A DNA stretch of 41,081 bases from Bordetella parapertussis (GTDB taxonomy: Bacteria; Pseudomonadota; Gammaproteobacteria; Burkholderiales; SG8-39). The stretch is taken from contig CAMCYY010000002.1 of assembly GCA_945885335.1 (NCBI GenBank), forward strand, positions 1 through 41,081, in the 5' to 3' direction. The position numbers and the translations under genes are program-made. The notes below the pieces were generated by a model, which worked only from the letters and a program-made list of their open reading frames with translations, searched no databases and was not told the DNA's origin. Below, piece by piece: positions 36,593-41,081 of the stretch; position 1 is the stretch's first letter, and every line of letters begins with the position of its first letter.

Positions 36593-38146
36593 GTGACGGC
36601 CACCACAACCACAGCGCCATCAGCGCCCTCCCCCGCCAGCCTGGTCATCGCCTCGCCCGCCTTCCTCACCTGGGTGCTGGCCCTGATCAACTTCATGCAG
36701 GTGCTGGACAACACCATCAGCAACGTGTCGCTGCCGTCGATTACCGGCGACCTGGGCGCCTCGACCAGCCAGGGCGCATGGATCGTAACCTCCTACACCG
36801 TGGCGCAGGCGATCACCGTGCCGCTGACCGGCTGGGTGGCGGCACGCTTCGGCCAGGTGCGCGTGATGCTGTGCGCGGTATTCCTGTTCGGCGTGACTTC
36901 GCTCATGAGCGGCTTCGCCTGGAGCCTGGAGAGCATGATTTTCTTCCGCGTCCTGCAGGGTGCCGCCGGCGGCTTCATGGTGCCGCTTTCGCAGTCACTG
37001 ATGCTGACGCACAACCCACCCGAGCGCCGCGGACAGGCACTGGCCCTGTGGTCCACCACCACCATAATGGGACCGGTGCTGGGACCGGTGCTGGGTGGCT
37101 TCATCACCGACAACATCGGCTGGTCCTGGATTTTCCTGGTGAACGTGCCGGTCAGCCTGTTCGCCGGCATCACGGTGTGGCGCATGCTTAGCGGCCACGA
37201 GAACAAGACGGTGCGCCTGCCGCTGGATTGGGTGGGGCTGATGCTGCTGGTGCTGTGGGTGGGCTCGCTGCAGATCGTGCTGGATACCGGCAACCATGCC
37301 GGCTGGTTTGATTCGAATCTCATCGTCAGCCTGAGCGTCGTCGCCGCCATCGGCTTTGTGCTGTTCCTGATCTGGGAGCTGACCGACAAGCATCCGGTGG
37401 TGGACCTGTCGGTATTCCGCAACCGCAATTTCGTCATCGCGGTAGTGGCCATGGCGCTGGCGGTGGCGAACCAGCGCGGACCCATGATCATCCTGCCGAT
37501 GTGGCTGCAGACGCATGTCGGATATACCGCGCAATGGGCCGGCTTCGTGCTCGCGCCCTCGGGCCTGATGGCCCTGCTGCTGGTGCCCTTCGTCGGTCGC
37601 AGCCTGCGCTACATCGAACCGCGCATCTTCTCGACCATGTGCTTCGGGCTGTTCGCGATCTCGTATTACTGGCGCGCCCACTTCACCGCAGATGCGGATT
37701 TCTGGACCTTCGCCATGCCGCAGTTCATCCAGGGCCTGGGGGTGGCGATGTTCTTCGCGCCGCTGATGACGGTGAGCATGAGCAACATTCCGCCGGAAAA
37801 ATTCGCCGCCGCCGCCGGCCTGCAGAGTTTCACGCGCACGCTGATCGGCAGCTTCGGCATCTCGGCCTACGTGAGCCTGTGGGAGCAACGCGGCGCAATA
37901 CACCGCTCGCAGCTGGCAGAACACATCAGCATTGCCTCGCCGCAGACTCAGGAGTATGTGCAGAAACTGGCCGAGGCCGGCATGGAACCGTCACGCATCA
38001 CCGCCAGTCTGGACCAGCTGCTCACGCGCCAGGCCTTCACCATGGCCACGAACGACATCTACTGGGTGGCCGTAGCCATTGCCGTGCTCCTCATGGCCTT
38101 CGTCTGGCTGTCGCGCCCGCCGTTCAATACCGGCGCGCGGCGCTAG
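36593..38146 (+). CDS. emrB: DHA2-family (14-TMS) MFS drug efflux pump (EmrB/QacA type)
   Basis: FMQVLDNTISNVSLPSITGDLGAS, LQGAAGGFMVPLSQSL, GPVLGPVLGGFI. GTG start. Confidence 0.9.
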   Translation: MTATTTTAPSAPSPASLVIASPAFLTWVLALINFMQVLDNTISNVSLPSITGDLGASTSQGAWIVTSYTVAQAITVPLTGWVAARFGQVRVMLCAVFLFGVTSLMSGFAWSLESMIFFRVLQGAAGGFMVPLSQSLMLTHNPPERRGQALALWSTTTIMGPVLGPVLGGFITDNIGWSWIFLVNVPVSLFAGITVWRMLSGHENKTVRLPLDWVGLMLLVLWVGSLQIVLDTGNHAGWFDSNLIVSLSVVAAIGFVLFLIWELTDKHPVVDLSVFRNRNFVIAVVAMALAVANQRGPMIILPMWLQTHVGYTAQWAGFVLAPSGLMALLLVPFVGRSLRYIEPRIFSTMCFGLFAISYYWRAHFTADADFWTFAMPQFIQGLGVAMFFAPLMTVSMSNIPPEKFAAAAGLQSFTRTLIGSFGISAYVSLWEQRGAIHRSQLAEHISIASPQTQEYVQKLAEAGMEPSRITASLDQLLTRQAFTMATNDIYWVAVAIAVLLMAFVWLSRPPFNTGARR

Positions 38147-38276
38147 GCTGCCCGCTATACGGTGCACCATCCGGTGCGCCGGCGAGGTAAGACGATGGGG
38201 CGAGCATAATAGGGTCGACGACCGCTGTGACCGCCGGGCGGTCCAACCTACCCTCCCCCAAACATTGTTCAAGGCC

Positions 38277-40916
38277 ATGCGCGAACCCACACCCCAGACG
38301 ATTTTCCTCAAGGACTACACGCCGCCCGCATTCCTGATCCCGCAGGTGGCCCTCGATATCCGTCTGATAGAGGACCATGCCATCGTAAGCGCCACGCTGG
38401 CGCTTGAACGCAACCCGGCCGCTGCTGATGCGGTTGCGCCCCTGGTGCTTGACGGCGAGGACCTGAAGCTGGAATCCATCGCCATCGACGGCCGCGAACT
38501 GGCGCCAGGCGAATACACGAACGACGGCAGGCAACTGACCCTCACGACAGTTCCGCAGCGCTTCACGCTGACCACGCGCGTGCGCATCGAACCGGGCAAG
38601 AACACCCAGTTGATGGGCCTGTTCGCCGCTGCAGCCGGCTGCTTCACGCAATGCGAAGCGCAGGGCTTCCGGCGCATCACCTGGTTCATCGACCGGCCGG
38701 ATGTAATGTCGCGCTATGTTGTGACCATTCATGCCGACCGCGAAAAATATCCGGTGCTGCTGTCCAACGGTAACCTGGTTGACTCGGGCACAGCCGAGGC
38801 GGGCACGCACTGGGCGCGCTGGGAAGATCCGTTCGCCAAGCCCTGCTATCTGTTCGCCATGGTGGCGGCAAAGCTCGACGTGCTGGAGGACGGCTACACC
38901 ACGCAGTCCGGCCGCGCAGTAAAGCTCGCGATCTACGTCGACCCGGGCAAGCTCGACCAGTGTGCATTCGCCATGGATTCACTCAAGCGCTCGATGAAAT
39001 GGGACGAGGATGTGTTCGGCCTGGAACTGGACCTCGACCAGTACATGATTGTCGCGGTGGGCGACTTCAACATGGGCGCCATGGAGAACAAGGGCCTCAA
39101 CATCTTCAACACAAAGTATGTGCTGGCGCGCGCCGACACCGCCACCGACACCGACTTCATGATGCTCGACCGCGTCGTGGCGCACGAGTACTTCCACAAC
39201 TGGACTGGCAACCGCGTCACCTGCCGCGACTGGTTCCAGCTGTCACTCAAGGAAGGGCTCACCGTGTTCCGCGACCAGGAATACGGCGCCGACATGTATT
39301 CACGGCCCGTGCAGCGCATCCAGGAAGTGCGCACGCTGCGCGCTGCGCAGTTTCCTGAGGACGCCGGCCCCATGGCCCATCCGGTGCGCCCGCAGGCCTA
39401 CATGGAAATCAGCAATTTCTACACCGCTACCGTGTACGACAAGGGCGCCGAGGTGGTGCGAATGATCCACACGCTGATTGGCGCGGAGAAATTCCGCAAG
39501 GGCATGGATCTCTATTTCCAGCGCCACGACGGGCAGGCGGTGACCTGTGACGATTTCGCGCAGGCCATGGCTGATGCTGCCGGCGCGGACCTGTCGCAGT
39601 TCCGGCGCTGGTATGACCAGGCTGGCACACCGGTCGTGGCGGTCAGCGACACCTGGGACGCTGCGACACAGCGCTACACACTGACGATTGCACAGTCCTG
39701 CCCGGCCACGCCGGGCCAGCCCGACAAGCTGCCCTTCCACATTCCATTTGCACTGGGGCTGATCGGTGAAGACGGCCGCGCACTGCCGCTGCGCCTGGAG
39801 AGCGAGAGTGCGGCTGTCACCGAGCGCGTGCTCGATGTGAAGCAGGCAGTGGAACATTTCACGTTCACCGGCATCCCTACAAAACCGGTGCCCTCGCTGC
39901 TACGCGGCTTTTCAGCACCGGTGATCCTGAAATATGCCTACGACGAAGCCGCGCTGGCCCGTCTGATGGCCGATGACAGCGATGACTTCAACCGCTGGGA
40001 AGCCGGGCAGCGCCTGGCCGGCGACCTGATCCTGCGCCGCGCCGCGGCCATGCGCTCGGGGATCGATATTGAAACACCACAGCTGTTCATCGACGCGCTC
40101 GGCAAGGTGCTGGCCAATGCCGGACGCGATCCGGCCTTTGCCGCCGAAGCGCTGTCGCTGCCATCGGAGACCTACCTCGCCGAGCAGATGGACGAGGTCG
40201 ATCCCGACTCCCTGCACGCCGCGCGCCTGGCGATCCGCCGCGACATTGCGCGCAGCCTGCGTGTCGCGTTGCTCGTCACCTGCGAAGCCGCCGCACCGCA
40301 GGGCCCCTACTCCCCGGATGCCGCATCAGCCGGCAAGCGCGCGTTGCGCAACCTCGCGCTCGGTTACCTGATGGAACTGGATGAAAGCAATATCCGCGCG
40401 CTGTGCGTGCAGCAGTTCGAGCGCGCCGACAACATGACCGACGCCATGGCGGCGCTCTCCTTCCTCGCCAATTGCGACTGCCCGGAACGCACCACGGCGC
40501 TGGATGCGTTCTACCGCCAGTGGAAGGATGAAGCGCTGGTCATGGACAAGTGGCTGGGGGTACAGGCGACATCACGGCTTGCCGGCACACTGGATGAGGT
40601 GAAGCGCCTCGCCGCGCACCCGGCTTTCGACATCCGAAATCCGAACAAGGTGTACGCGCTGATCCGTGGCTTTTGCGCAAATCATGTGCGCTTCCATGCC
40701 GCGGACGGCTCGGGCTATGCGTTTGCCGCCGACCGCATCATCGAAATCGACGCGCTGAACCACCAGGTCGCATCGCGCGTGGCGCGCAGCTTCGACCGCT
40801 GGAGGCGCTTTGATGCCGGACGCCGGCAGCATGCACGCGCGGCACTGGAGCACATCGCCGCAACCAGCGGGCTGTCGAAGGATGTTGCGGAAATCGTGAC
40901 ACGGGCACTTGGCTGA
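38277..40916 (+). CDS. pepN: Aminopeptidase N (M1 family)
   Basis: GAMENKGLNIF, HEYFHNWTGNRVT (HEXXH), LKEGLTVFRD. Start at ATG 38277 (MREPTPQTIFLKDY). Confidence 0.93.
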   Translation: MREPTPQTIFLKDYTPPAFLIPQVALDIRLIEDHAIVSATLALERNPAAADAVAPLVLDGEDLKLESIAIDGRELAPGEYTNDGRQLTLTTVPQRFTLTTRVRIEPGKNTQLMGLFAAAAGCFTQCEAQGFRRITWFIDRPDVMSRYVVTIHADREKYPVLLSNGNLVDSGTAEAGTHWARWEDPFAKPCYLFAMVAAKLDVLEDGYTTQSGRAVKLAIYVDPGKLDQCAFAMDSLKRSMKWDEDVFGLELDLDQYMIVAVGDFNMGAMENKGLNIFNTKYVLARADTATDTDFMMLDRVVAHEYFHNWTGNRVTCRDWFQLSLKEGLTVFRDQEYGADMYSRPVQRIQEVRTLRAAQFPEDAGPMAHPVRPQAYMEISNFYTATVYDKGAEVVRMIHTLIGAEKFRKGMDLYFQRHDGQAVTCDDFAQAMADAAGADLSQFRRWYDQAGTPVVAVSDTWDAATQRYTLTIAQSCPATPGQPDKLPFHIPFALGLIGEDGRALPLRLESESAAVTERVLDVKQAVEHFTFTGIPTKPVPSLLRGFSAPVILKYAYDEAALARLMADDSDDFNRWEAGQRLAGDLILRRAAAMRSGIDIETPQLFIDALGKVLANAGRDPAFAAEALSLPSETYLAEQMDEVDPDSLHAARLAIRRDIARSLRVALLVTCEAAAPQGPYSPDAASAGKRALRNLALGYLMELDESNIRALCVQQFERADNMTDAMAALSFLANCDCPERTTALDAFYRQWKDEALVMDKWLGVQATSRLAGTLDEVKRLAAHPAFDIRNPNKVYALIRGFCANHVRFHAADGSGYAFAADRIIEIDALNHQVASRVARSFDRWRRFDAGRRQHARAALEHIAATSGLSKDVAEIVTRALG

Positions 40917-41081
40917 CCACGGCGGCAGGCGAAGGCTGGCGATTGGCAATGTATTAAATTATTATCAAAACAGGAAAATTAACGATCATTTAAAAGTCAT
41001 AACAGATTTATTGTAATCAGCAATAAATCCAGTACCAGCACCTCGTCGCAGCCGATATCGTGCAGCAGGTGGTACTGCCCG

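Noticed and set aside
40997-41081. Possible 3' end of a minus-strand CDS entering from the right edge (..GQYHLLHDIGCDEVLVLDLLLITINLL*), followed by an AT-rich spacer with inverted repeat TTTATTG/CAATAAA
   Set aside because: Only about 27 codons are visible and no family is recognisable. That is too little evidence to call a feature.

Overview
High-GC (about 64%) betaproteobacterial-type chromosomal segment. Left to right: (i) the 3' ~4.8 kb of a giant tandem UvrA-family gene interrupted in frame by palindromic ~95-bp repeat elements. (ii) An ~8.3 kb accessory stretch (4.85-13.13 kb) dense in type II toxin-antitoxin modules: orphan HigA, DUF433/DUF5615, MqsRA, HicAB with a decayed HicA, a gp49-HigB/XRE pair translationally coupled to a membrane-anchored J-domain protein, and ParDE. 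It also holds an IS110-family insertion sequence and a CcdA gene next to a thioredoxin-like ORF. (iii) Housekeeping and catabolic genes: xth, Bug/TctC receptor, MscS, CapA-like, MFS, TerB-like, class A PBP, and a minus-strand cluster of VOC, three alpha/beta hydrolases, an SDR and two acyl-CoA dehydrogenases. (iv) A sigma54-type pilin gene, rhlE, a marR-OMF-emrA-emrB efflux operon and pepN. Three observations stand out. First, the thioredoxin-like ORF is absent from the ORF track because an in-frame TGA replaces the first Cys of WCxxC (W-U-T-T-C); a GGUC-loop hairpin follows it, making it a candidate periplasmic selenoprotein. Second, the toxin-antitoxin-J-domain operon resembles a TAC-like tripartite module, but its HPD motif reads GPD. 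Third, MITE-like palindromic elements are translated inside uvrA at permissive linkers. No rRNA, tRNA or CRISPR array was recognised. All homology calls come from reading motifs by eye, not from database searches.
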